A DNA stretch of 40,214 bases from Candidatus Methanomethylicia archaeon (GTDB lineage: Archaea > Thermoproteota > Methanomethylicia > CALHIW01): the NCBI GenBank assembly GCA_038845975.1, contig JAWBQF010000024.1, positions 1 to 40,214 on the forward strand, read 5' to 3'. This document shows, piece after piece, positions 10,349-19,400 of this stretch. Position numbers and translations under genes: made by a program. The first letter of the stretch is position 1. Every line of letters starts with the position of its first letter. The notes beneath the pieces were generated by a model. It worked only from the letters and a program-made list of their open reading frames with translations. It did no database searches and was not told where the DNA came from.

Positions 10349-10869
10349 TAATTTAGTTTTACCACTGGTTAGATAAAAATATAAGAGTTAGCTGAAAGTA
10401 TTCATAATCAATTTTAAATTATTTAGAATTGAATGAAACTAATATATGTTCTAAAAGGAATGAACACTCTATGAACTTAGCATGTTTAATCATTTTAATA
10501 TTGTTTTTGTAAATTTTCAACATTTATTTCCACTATCTATGTTTATAGAATATTATTGTTCTCATAGCACTAATGAATAATTTTCACATCCTACTCATAA
10601 TTATTGAAGATTTTAGTTCTATTCTCAAAGAGCAGATATTTAAAGTCTCATTTTACTCTTATTTAGCAATCTTCTGTTACTGATCGTTTTATCATAGAAG
10701 CTCAGCTTTATAATAAGAGTAGTAACAAAACGGACTTAATAAATTTAAAATGGATTAAAAAGTTGTAGGAAAATATTATTAATGAAATAATTAACATGCT
10801 TGAGTTTATAGAATCTATAAGTTATCATATAGATTTATTAGGAGGAGAAAGTATTTTCATTGGTTAGCA

Positions 10870-11070
10870 ATGTCATACATATGTCCTGAATGTGGTGGGA
10901 ATTTAAAATTGACACGTGGGATGCTTATATGTTTAAAATGTGGATTAACATTTAAGAGATATGAGCTTAAAGAATTAATGGATAGACTTAAATCATCAAT
11001 TACCGAGGAAAATAATGAGGAAAGAAGAAAGAAGGAATATTTAAAATGGTGGCTTAGTAATAAGAAGTAA
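10870..11070 (+). CDS. small zinc-ribbon protein
   Basis: CPECGG and CLKCG pairs; charged helix ending EYLKWWLSNKK. Confidence 0.72.
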   Translation: MSYICPECGGNLKLTRGMLICLKCGLTFKRYELKELMDRLKSSITEENNEERRKKEYLKWWLSNKK

Positions 11071-11114
11071 TCAAGTAATAAGGTTTAAACGTAGCTTATT
11101 TAAAATAATAATTT

Positions 11115-11879
11115 ATGTTTTACCTAGTTATACTTGGTACTGCAGGTTCAGGTAAAAGTACGCTTACTTCAACACTTTATGAATGGTTACTTGATCATGA
11201 ATTAACGGCAGCAACAGTAAACTTAGATCCAGGTGTTGAAGAATTACCATATACTCCTGATATTGACGTTAGAGAATTCATAGATATTCATGACATAATG
11301 TCAAAGTTTAGGCTTGGACCAAATGGTGCATTAATAGCATCAGTAGATTTTCTTGCCTCATATATTAATGAAATAAACATTTTAATAAATGAGATTGGAT
11401 CAGACTATGTAATTATAGATACACCTGGGCAAATGGAAATATTTGCATTTAGAGATGTCGGGCCATATATAATCTCAAACATTGCTAGAGGCAGAACATG
11501 TATAATATATCTTACGGATTCTTTCTTTGCAAGAAGTCCAAGTCAATTTGCATCAATAATGCTGCTTACAGCTTCAACTCAATTTAGATTTAATAAACCG
11601 CAAATCAATGTACTCTCAAAGTCGGATCTACTGAGTAAGAGTGATGTTGAGAGAACATTGATGTGGGTTGATGAGCCAGAAACACTATCTAATGCTATTG
11701 AGGAGGAAGTGAGAGGTATTAATAGGGAGCTATCATTAGCTCTTGCAAATTTGATATCTCATCTTGCCACTGTTTCTCACCTAATTCCTGTTTCATCGAT
11801 TAAAAATGAAGGGTTAGATGAGCTATACGCTGGGATTCAGAGAGTACTCTATGCTGGAGAAGATTATTTTACTGAGTAA
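11115..11879 (+). CDS. GPN-loop GTPase
   Basis: GTAGSGKS, NLDPG, LGPNG, DTPGQME, SKSD. Confidence 0.95.
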   Translation: MFYLVILGTAGSGKSTLTSTLYEWLLDHELTAATVNLDPGVEELPYTPDIDVREFIDIHDIMSKFRLGPNGALIASVDFLASYINEINILINEIGSDYVIIDTPGQMEIFAFRDVGPYIISNIARGRTCIIYLTDSFFARSPSQFASIMLLTASTQFRFNKPQINVLSKSDLLSKSDVERTLMWVDEPETLSNAIEEEVRGINRELSLALANLISHLATVSHLIPVSSIKNEGLDELYAGIQRVLYAGEDYFTE

Positions 11880-11956
11880 GAAATTGAAGAATAGTTTCTT
11901 AACAATTCTAATAGAGCAAACTTAAAATTTATAATATGGTTAGTCTATGATGTCTT

Positions 11957-12832
11957 GTGAAGGTAGTAAGCTGCTCAAATGATCCTGGAATAGGGGAGTC
12001 AGTAGCTAGGATTATGAATGTTGATTTAATTAAGACTTTTTTTAAAAAATTTCCTGATGGAGAACTTTATGTTAGAGTTGAAGAAAATTTAAATGGAGAA
12101 GATATTGTTGTAGTACAGACAACATATCCTAATCAAAATGAAAGTTTAATAGAGCTTTACTTTACTATAGATTCGCTAAGAAGCTACAAACCACATAAAT
12201 TAATAGTTGTTGTACCATACCTAGCGTATATGAGACAGGATAAAAGGTTTCTAATGGGTGAATCTCTATCAGCAAAAGTAATTATTAGTATTTTAAACAT
12301 GTTAAATATTGACTACTTCATTACTGTTGATATACATAATGATTATTGTTTAAAATGGTTTAAATGTAAAGTAATAAACATTCATGCAGCCCCCCTATTG
12401 GTTAACTACTTTAGGGAAAGAGTAAGTAAACCAATTATTTTGTCTCCTGATATTGGATCACTTAGTAGAGCTATGGAGGCAGCAAATACTCTTAAAGCAG
12501 ACTATGACTTCCTTATTAAGGTAAGAGATAGAGTAACAGGAGGTATTCAAATAAAGCCTAAGAAGATAGATGTAGCTGGAAGAGATGTTATTATTATTGA
12601 TGATATTATAAGTACTGGCGGAACCATAATTAACGCGGCAACCATGCTTAGAAAATTAGGGGTTAACAAATTATTTGTAGGATGTACTCATCCATTACTA
12701 ATTAATAATGCATTAGAGAAAATATTAAAAGCTAGAGTAGATGACGTCGTGGGATCAAATAGTGTAAGAAGTACTATTAGCAAAGTTCAACTTCAAGAAG
12801 AAATAGTCAAATCTATTAAAGAAATCATTTAA
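11957..12832 (+). CDS. prs: ribose-phosphate pyrophosphokinase
   Basis: FPDGE, PYLAYMRQD, SPDIG, IIDDIISTGGT. Confidence 0.96.
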   Translation: MKVVSCSNDPGIGESVARIMNVDLIKTFFKKFPDGELYVRVEENLNGEDIVVVQTTYPNQNESLIELYFTIDSLRSYKPHKLIVVVPYLAYMRQDKRFLMGESLSAKVIISILNMLNIDYFITVDIHNDYCLKWFKCKVINIHAAPLLVNYFRERVSKPIILSPDIGSLSRAMEAANTLKADYDFLIKVRDRVTGGIQIKPKKIDVAGRDVIIIDDIISTGGTIINAATMLRKLGVNKLFVGCTHPLLINNALEKILKARVDDVVGSNSVRSTISKVQLQEEIVKSIKEII

Positions 12833-12834
12833 AA

Positions 12835-13851
12835 ATGAAAATATTCGTATTACTCTCAGGAGAACATATAGAACTATCAGAAGCAGAACTGTATTCGATT
12901 CTTAAAGCTGAAAACATTAAATTTAGCGTTCTAGATAGACTACCACAGGTAATAGGTTTAAAGCTTAATAAGAAAGATATTGGTAAAATCATAGCTAGAA
13001 GCTCTATGTGTAAGTTAATTGGGAAACTATTATTGCTATGCGATGCAGATAAGAATGTAATTATTAATTCCCTAAGTAGAATTAATATAAACTTAAAATC
13101 TAAAACATTTAATGTTAGAATTGATAGAATACGTGGATGCTGTAAACATATTAGCGGTTATGAGCTTGAAGTATTAATAGGTAATATTATTAGGGAGAGG
13201 AGTTCAGGGTCAGTAAACCTGAGCTCACCAGATATTAGATTTTATGGAGTATTAACTGGAGAGAAATTTATTTTTGGAACAGTTATTTCACAAATTAAGC
13301 GATCAAAATTTAATGAAAGAAAACCTCGGAAGAGACCATTTTTCCATCCTGGAACTATTGAACCATTATTTGCAAGACTTCTAGTTAATTTATCAGAAGT
13401 ACCATCTGGAGAAATACTTTTTGATCCCTTTTGCGGTGCTGGTGGAATATTAATAGAGGCCGGACTCATTAATTGTAGAGTTATAGGTTCAGACATAGAT
13501 CCAGCAATGGTTATGGGAGCAGCTATAAATCTAAAATACTATAATATTGACTATGACCTTGTAGTTGCCGATGCAAGATTTTTACCATTTAGAAACATTA
13601 AATACATATCAACAGATCCACCGTATGGTGTATCATCAACAACAATGGGAGAAAATGTAAAAAATTTAGTTGAAACATTTCTAAAAAATATCTATCAATG
13701 TTTAAATAGAGAAGCAAAAATCTGTATTTCAGTCCCTCAAAGGTTAGATATTAATTTTAGAACAAGATATAGATTAATAAATGAATATTTTATGCGTGTA
13801 CATAAAAGCCTAACGAGAAGAATAGTTTTACTAGTAAAGGATAATATTTAA
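12835..13851 (+). CDS. trm11: tRNA (guanine-10-N2) methyltransferase, THUMP + MTase
   Basis: LSGEH N-terminus, RPFFHP, DPFCGAGG, TDPPYG, VHKSLTR. Confidence 0.9.
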   Translation: MKIFVLLSGEHIELSEAELYSILKAENIKFSVLDRLPQVIGLKLNKKDIGKIIARSSMCKLIGKLLLLCDADKNVIINSLSRININLKSKTFNVRIDRIRGCCKHISGYELEVLIGNIIRERSSGSVNLSSPDIRFYGVLTGEKFIFGTVISQIKRSKFNERKPRKRPFFHPGTIEPLFARLLVNLSEVPSGEILFDPFCGAGGILIEAGLINCRVIGSDIDPAMVMGAAINLKYYNIDYDLVVADARFLPFRNIKYISTDPPYGVSSTTMGENVKNLVETFLKNIYQCLNREAKICISVPQRLDINFRTRYRLINEYFMRVHKSLTRRIVLLVKDNI

Positions 13852-13901
13852 AACTTAATTTAAGATATATTAGCTTGAACATCATTAGACGTGGTGAGTA
13901 C

Positions 13902-14801
13902 ATGATTAGGATTGTATTTCTAGGGACATCTGCTGGAATTCCCACTTCTAAAAGAGGTCTTCCAGCTATTGCTATTAAAATACATGGAGATTTGATTCTA
14001 CTTGATTGTGGGGAAGGATCTCAAAGACAAATGATGACAGCAAAAATTAGATTTGGTAGTTTAAAAAGAATATTAATAACACATTTGCATGGAGATCATG
14101 TTTTTGGGTTACCAGGACTACTACATACGTTTTCCTTAATGAATAGAGAAGAAAACCTAGAAATCTATGGTCCTCCAGGACTAGCCGAACTTATTAATTG
14201 TTTTGTTAATACATCACAGCTAACATATAGAATCAATATTATTGAATTAAAAAATGGAGAAGTACTTGATTTTAAAAACTATAGAGTTATAACTAAAACT
14301 ACAGATCATACTCTAACAAATTATGCATATGCTATTATTGAAAGAGAAAAACCAGGAAAATTCCATCCGGAAAAAGCACAGTTACTCGGTATCCCCCGTG
14401 GGCCATTATGGAGAAAGCTTCAACAAGGAGATAAAGTTGAGCTACCAGATGGTAGGATTATAAATCCATGGGAAGTTGTAGATAAGCCTAGATCAGGATT
14501 AAAGATAGTTTATACGGGGGATACGGCTAAATTTGATGGTCTTATTAGTTTCAGTAGGGAAGCTGACGTTTTAATACATGAGGCAACATTTGAAAACTCA
14601 ATGATTAAAAAGGCTACTGAAGAGAAACATTCAACAGCTGCTCAAGCAGCTGAAATAGCAAGAGAAGCAAAGGTTAAATTACTTGTATTAACACATATAA
14701 GTCCTAGATATGATTGCTATGAGAATCATTATAATGAGGCAGCCAAGATTTTCAGCAATACTATGGTAGCAGAAGATTTTAAAACTATAAGTCTAAGCTG
14801 A
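13902..14801 (+). CDS. rnz: ribonuclease Z
   Basis: LGT, DCGEG, THLHGDH, GP flexible arm, GDT, HEAT, HST, THIS. ATG 13902 follows SD GGTGA (track start 13875). Confidence 0.96.
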   Translation: MIRIVFLGTSAGIPTSKRGLPAIAIKIHGDLILLDCGEGSQRQMMTAKIRFGSLKRILITHLHGDHVFGLPGLLHTFSLMNREENLEIYGPPGLAELINCFVNTSQLTYRINIIELKNGEVLDFKNYRVITKTTDHTLTNYAYAIIEREKPGKFHPEKAQLLGIPRGPLWRKLQQGDKVELPDGRIINPWEVVDKPRSGLKIVYTGDTAKFDGLISFSREADVLIHEATFENSMIKKATEEKHSTAAQAAEIAREAKVKLLVLTHISPRYDCYENHYNEAAKIFSNTMVAEDFKTISLS

Positions 14802-15236
14802 TTCAACTTCGGTATCCTCTAGTTCATAGAGAGGTTTACCATTAGAAGTAGGAGGGGCAAGCCAGTCTATTAGTTTTTCTGGAGATGGACAAGTTATTAT
14901 GAATGTAATTGGACCTAGGGGTGATTCATGTTCTGGAGCTGAAAATGATAAACGACCAATATATGCTACCTGCTTGTTAATGTGAAATTTCAATGTTTTT
15001 CCCTCAATAGATTTTCTAAAGGTACTACGCGCAGCATCAAGTATTTGCTCGCTTCTTAATAGACTACGTAAGTTTCGTAAGCAGCTCAAGCCTTCTCCTT
15101 CAGCAACAATAAAACGCTTGTTCCCCTCTTCAATGACTGATATACATAGTGGACTAAAAACGTTTCTAATTGCCTTTTCGACTTTACTGATATCCTCAGT
15201 TACTCTAACCTCAGCTTTAACTATAACTTTAATCAT
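14793..15236 (-). CDS. UPF0201/DUF54 family putative RNA-binding protein
   Basis: TED..KV..A, ILDAAR, NKQVA..G, SPLGPI, WLAP.T. Confidence 0.85.
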   Translation of the reverse strand: MIKVIVKAEVRVTEDISKVEKAIRNVFSPLCISVIEEGNKRFIVAEGEGLSCLRNLRSLLRSEQILDAARSTFRKSIEGKTLKFHINKQVAYIGRLSFSAPEHESPLGPITFIITCPSPEKLIDWLAPPTSNGKPLYELEDTEVESA

Positions 15237-15780
15237 TGTTTATCACCCTTACAATATATTCAAATATTTTACGAGATTCCTCAATTGAGCCTTCATTAAT
15301 AATCATGTAATCAGCAAGAGATATAACATTTCCTAACCCAATACTAAGTTCCCTGAAATCTCTTTCAACAAATTCACTCCAAGATTTGGGATCATCTTGT
15401 CTACCGCGACTATAAAGCCTTTTAAATCTTGTTACTGGCGAAGCATGAACAGCAACAATTAGGACCTTACTGAAGCTACGTTTATACTCTTCAACTTCAT
15501 CTAAACTTCTAACACCATCAATTATAACAACATCAGTATTCATTAAAGCTATCTTCTCTAAACATAGTTTAGCTACTATTGATGGGCCATAGTTTTTTCT
15601 AAGCTCAATCATTATTTTACCGAGGTTTTCGGATAATGGCTTAATGCCTCGCTTAGTAGCCTCCTCCCTAATTATATCACCCATAGCAATAACAGGAATA
15701 CCTCTATTCTTTAAAGGTTCAATAATTGATGTTTTACCTGCACCAGGCATTCCACTTACACAGATAATTTTTCTAATCAT
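15229..15780 (-). CDS. UPF0200 family P-loop kinase-like protein
   Basis: GMPGAGKT, MGDIIREE, DGVRS, RGRQDD, RD.REL..G; typical pairing with DUF54. Confidence 0.82.
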   Translation of the reverse strand: MIRKIICVSGMPGAGKTSIIEPLKNRGIPVIAMGDIIREEATKRGIKPLSENLGKIMIELRKNYGPSIVAKLCLEKIALMNTDVVIIDGVRSLDEVEEYKRSFSKVLIVAVHASPVTRFKRLYSRGRQDDPKSWSEFVERDFRELSIGLGNVISLADYMIINEGSIEESRKIFEYIVRVINND

Positions 15781-15927
15781 ACCTGCTACCTGAACTTACA
15801 TTTAATTTCCTTCAATAAAGCAGAATATATAAAACTACAGTTCTTTAAATAGGTTCTGGAAATCATAAGTTGAATATAGACTATAACAATTTCAATATAA
15901 ATTTTTAAGCTAGAAGAAAGTTTAGTA

Positions 15928-16497
15928 TTGATTAGGATGGAGAGAGTTCGAGCATTTATAGCTGTTGATTTTAACGATGTAGAAATAGTTAATGGCATTT
16001 TAATGTTACAGAATAGAATTACTAGCATAGGAACAGATATAAAATTTGTTGAAAAGGAGAATTTACATATAACTCTAAAATTTCTAGGTGAGGTTCCACA
16101 TGATGTAATTATCAATATTCAGAAGGTTCTATCAGGGATTAAGTTTAAGCCATTTAGTGTAACTGTTAAGGGTTTAGGTGTATTTCCAAATTATAGAAAT
16201 ATTAGAATTGTATGGATTGGTATTGAGGAAGGAGTTGATAAGTTGAAAAGTCTTCAAAACAATATTGAGGAGAAACTATTAGTGTTAGGTTTTAAAAGAG
16301 AAAAGGATTTTACACCTCACTTAACGATTGGCCGTATTAGAACTGGAAGAAATAAAGATAAATTAATAAACGTCTTAAATGAATTTAGAGACTTCACCTT
16401 TGGTAAGCAGCTTATAGATGTTTTTCATTTAAAGAAAAGTATATTAACATCGAAAGGTCCTATTTACAACAATTTATATAGCATTAAAGCTACATAG
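15928..16497 (+). CDS. thpR: RNA 2',3'-cyclic phosphodiesterase (2H family)
   Basis: RAFIA and two HxT motifs (HITLKFLG, PHLTIGR). Alternative start ATG 15937. Confidence 0.93.
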   Translation: MIRMERVRAFIAVDFNDVEIVNGILMLQNRITSIGTDIKFVEKENLHITLKFLGEVPHDVIINIQKVLSGIKFKPFSVTVKGLGVFPNYRNIRIVWIGIEEGVDKLKSLQNNIEEKLLVLGFKREKDFTPHLTIGRIRTGRNKDKLINVLNEFRDFTFGKQLIDVFHLKKSILTSKGPIYNNLYSIKAT

Positions 16498-16512
16498 TAA
16501 ACTTGGCAAACT

Positions 16513-17943
16513 ATGCTTGGTAATTTTACTATCAATAATTCACATAGAAAATCTAAGTTAGAAGAAATGTCAACTCTAAATATATTGAGAGAGGTTCTAG
16601 AAAAAATAACACCTAGCACTAGTGAGAGACTTAAAGTTTCACGCATTATAAATGAGGTTAAGCAGAGAATCCTTAAGAAAGCGTATGAGTACGGTATTAA
16701 TGTTGAAATCAGTGTTGAAGGATCAATAGCTAAGGATACATGGCTTTCAAATGATAAGGATATTGATGTTTTTATTCATTTACCAAAAGAGTTAGGAAAT
16801 GAATCCCTAAAAACAGTTGGACTTGAAATTTGCAAATCTGCATGTGAAAACTGGATTGAGGCATACGCTGAACATCCATATATTCAGGCCAATATGAATG
16901 GATTTAAAGTTGACATTGTACCCGTATTTAAAATTAATAGTATAGATGAAGCCGAAACAGCGGTGGCTAGAACGCCGTTTCATACACGGTTTATAAACTC
17001 CAAGTTTAATAACTACATGAGGAAGGAAGTAAGAATATTAAAACAATTCATGAAAGGAACTGGAGTATATGGAGCTGAAATAAAAGTTAGAGGATTCTCA
17101 GGATATCTTTGTGAGCTACTTATATATAAGTATAAATCATTCACGAATTTGCTGGAAAATACTTCAAAGTGGAAACCATACCATGTAGTAATCGATCCTG
17201 CTAGACACTACAGTAACTTAAATGAGGTGAAAAAGATATTTGTGGATCCACTCATTGTTATCGATCCTGTTGATAAGAAAAGAAATGTAGCAGCCGCATT
17301 AAGTATTGATAAAATGTCAAGGTTCATTGCCGCATCAAGAGCATTTAAAGAAAACCCTAGCCTAAAGTTTTTCTTTCCAACTATTGATAGGATAACTAAG
17401 AATGAAATGATTAAAATAAGAAAAAAGGGCTTTAAAACATTATTTATAATTTTAAAATGTCCAAAATTAGCTCCTGACATACTATGGGGTGAAATCTTTA
17501 AATCCCTTGAAGGGCTTTCAACGTTGCTCGAAAAATACGACTTTAAAGTTCTAAGTAAAGATGCATGGAGTGATGAAAAAAACGTAGTGGTTTTAGCATT
17601 TCAGCTAGAAAGTATGAAAATACCCAGAATTAAGAAACATATCGGCCCACCCATATCTCTATGTGAAAGCGAGAAAAATTTTTTGAAAAAGAATATTTTA
17701 AGCAGGGATGTAGTATCTGGTCCATGTATTGAGAGGGATAGATGGGTTATTTATAAATTAAGAAGTATAACTAAAGCCGACGATCTTATACGTAATAAGT
17801 TTATGGAGGCTAAACATGGTCCTCACATTAAAACGCAAAATTTTGAAGTCGTAATAGATGAGAAAATACTTGATAAAATTGATACCGACGATTTTAGAAT
17901 TTTTCTAAAGAAATTTATGAGTAAGAAGGAAAACTGGATCTAA
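16513..17943 (+). CDS. cca: class I CCA-adding enzyme
   Basis: GSIAKDTWL..DIDVF, YAEHPY, RTPFH, GFSGYLCEL, DPVD..RNVAAA. True start may be downstream at MSTLNILRE. Confidence 0.96.
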   Translation: MLGNFTINNSHRKSKLEEMSTLNILREVLEKITPSTSERLKVSRIINEVKQRILKKAYEYGINVEISVEGSIAKDTWLSNDKDIDVFIHLPKELGNESLKTVGLEICKSACENWIEAYAEHPYIQANMNGFKVDIVPVFKINSIDEAETAVARTPFHTRFINSKFNNYMRKEVRILKQFMKGTGVYGAEIKVRGFSGYLCELLIYKYKSFTNLLENTSKWKPYHVVIDPARHYSNLNEVKKIFVDPLIVIDPVDKKRNVAAALSIDKMSRFIAASRAFKENPSLKFFFPTIDRITKNEMIKIRKKGFKTLFIILKCPKLAPDILWGEIFKSLEGLSTLLEKYDFKVLSKDAWSDEKNVVVLAFQLESMKIPRIKKHIGPPISLCESEKNFLKKNILSRDVVSGPCIERDRWVIYKLRSITKADDLIRNKFMEAKHGPHIKTQNFEVVIDEKILDKIDTDDFRIFLKKFMSKKENWI

Positions 17944-18019
17944 CCAATAGTAAAACAACTATAAAAAAGATGTAACATTTTTAAGTTAATAATTCTAGTA
18001 AGCACTATTCTTAAATGAT

Positions 18020-18433
18020 ATGGAGAAAAGAGAAATAAGTCTTAATGATAAGGATTTTGAATGTATTGAAGAAAAAGATCTAGTAGATTACCTAGAATCA
18101 TTAGATAGTAATATTAAAAATATTGTAAGCAACATTGAAGAGCTTAATAAGAAAACAGAAATGATGCAGGGAAGCCTAGACTTGGCCATAAAAATGATGG
18201 GGTCTATTTTAAAAAAGATGAAAATCATGACCTTAACGGTCAGAGGAAAAGAATCAATAATATTAGAAAATGATAAAAACTCAGAAATTAAGGATAAAAT
18301 AAACCAGATATTAGATATGTTAAACTACATAAAAAATCAGTATGGAATAAATGCAGAGTTAAAAAGCAGGGCCTCCAATGTTTCATTATTATTTAAAATA
18401 TTAAAAAAATTAAGAATTAAAAGCCAAACCTAA
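18020..18433 (+). CDS. hypothetical coiled-coil protein
   Basis: 137-aa ORF, K/E/N-rich with heptad pattern; no family recognised. Confidence 0.5.
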   Translation: MEKREISLNDKDFECIEEKDLVDYLESLDSNIKNIVSNIEELNKKTEMMQGSLDLAIKMMGSILKKMKIMTLTVRGKESIILENDKNSEIKDKINQILDMLNYIKNQYGINAELKSRASNVSLLFKILKKLRIKSQT

Positions 18434-18435
18434 AG

Positions 18436-18443
18436 TTTTTAAG
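18436..18443 (+). promoter_or_regulatory. TATA box of tRNA-Pro gene
   Basis: TTTTTAAG ~20-27 nt before 18463. Confidence 0.5.
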
Positions 18444-18476
18444 CAAAATTGCTAAGTATTTTGGGGCCGTCTTTAC

Positions 18477-18579
18477 GGGGCCGAATAAAGCTTAATCGTC
18501 CAGCTTGGGCTAGGATGCCATCATTAATGGTATAAGCCTGGGGCGCTGGTGGTCCGGGGTTCAAATCCCCGCGGCCCCA
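18477..18579 (+). tRNA. tRNA-Pro(GGG) with two non-canonical introns (18484-18495 at 7/8; 18521-18535 at 29/30)
   Basis: Spliced form folds as GGGGCCG TC GTCC AGCTTGGGCTA GGAT G CCAGC CT-GGG-GC GCTGG TGGTC CGGGG TTCAAAT CCCCG CGGCCCC A. CCA not encoded. Alternative 5' end at 18463. Confidence 0.92.
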
Positions 18580-18979
18580 CTAAAACTTCTAACTTAATTT
18601 TTCCAATAGTATCTCTTAGTGTGTTTCATAACCCTTAATGTCCTTTAATAAGCCCTGTGGGATTACCATCAGTGATGACATCAAATTAATGAAGGATCTA
18701 ATGCTAACAACAATCTTATTAAAGAGCAACCCTTAAAATATCCAATTTTAACTCTCTAGTTTTCCTCCACTTTATTAAATATTAAGCTAATATTAGCTGC
18801 CATATTGCTCTGACTATTTAAAGGTTAGAGGTGGATACTTAGGACGTAGCGATCTAATAAGTTTTCTGTTGCTAGTATTTGTCCTATTAACTTTGGATGC
18901 TACATCATTTCACTCTTTAATAAGTTCTCTGTAGTTACCGTTAGCGATAGCATTAAATTAATGGAGTGACTAATGTCAG

Positions 18980-19335
18980 GGCTTTGTTAACTTTAGCTTT
19001 ATTTGGTTTCTCTCTTCCTTATTTATGGTGTTAGTATGGTTAAATTTGTTAGGTTTGTAGGGAGAGAACTCCATTTACTCTAGTTGTTATGGTGCTTATA
19101 TATATTTTCGTTCATGTTCTTCTAGAATGGCTTCAGATATTTTAGGCTTCATTATTGCTAGAAGCTATGTATCTGTATTGTCGTGGTTTAGGTCTTTAAG
19201 CTTCCTATTTGAATTTGATAAAAGAGATGTTAGGATTGTATGGTTAATGATACTATCATTAATGTAGGCTCTATGAAGAAAATTATATATATTGTTTTCG
19301 AGCCATTATTGAGGAGTATTCTATATTAGATGTTG
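18980..19335 (+). mobile_element. 5' half of IS6-family element
   Basis: Starts with TIR GGCTTTGTTAACTTTAG; colinear with the reverse complement of ~26791-26455 (shared GGGAGAGAACTCCATTTACTCTAGTTGTTATGGTGCTTA). Confidence 0.85.
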
Positions 19336-19400
19336 AAAATGGTTTAGAGCATTTAGTAGTAAATTACTTAAAGTATAGCAATATATTACTATGAGTAATT

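Noticed and set aside
10349-10869. Replication origin upstream of cdc6
   Set aside because: AT-rich, but no repeated ORB (TCCA.TGGAAA..GGG); only weak single look-alikes such as TACCACTGGTTA. The Cdc6 also looks Orc1-2-like.
10870-11070. Zn-ribbon ORF as the displaced rpoP
   Set aside because: Lacks the Rpo12 C-terminal beta segment (CPYCG..I..K.R) and has a long charged helix instead.
18655-18720. C-box GTGATGA downstream of the tRNA
   Set aside because: No D box at the right distance. The minus strand reads VITDGNP, more like transposase debris.
18580-19400. Integrated element at the tRNA-Pro 3' end
   Set aside because: No integrase and no repeat of the tRNA 3' end seen in the window.
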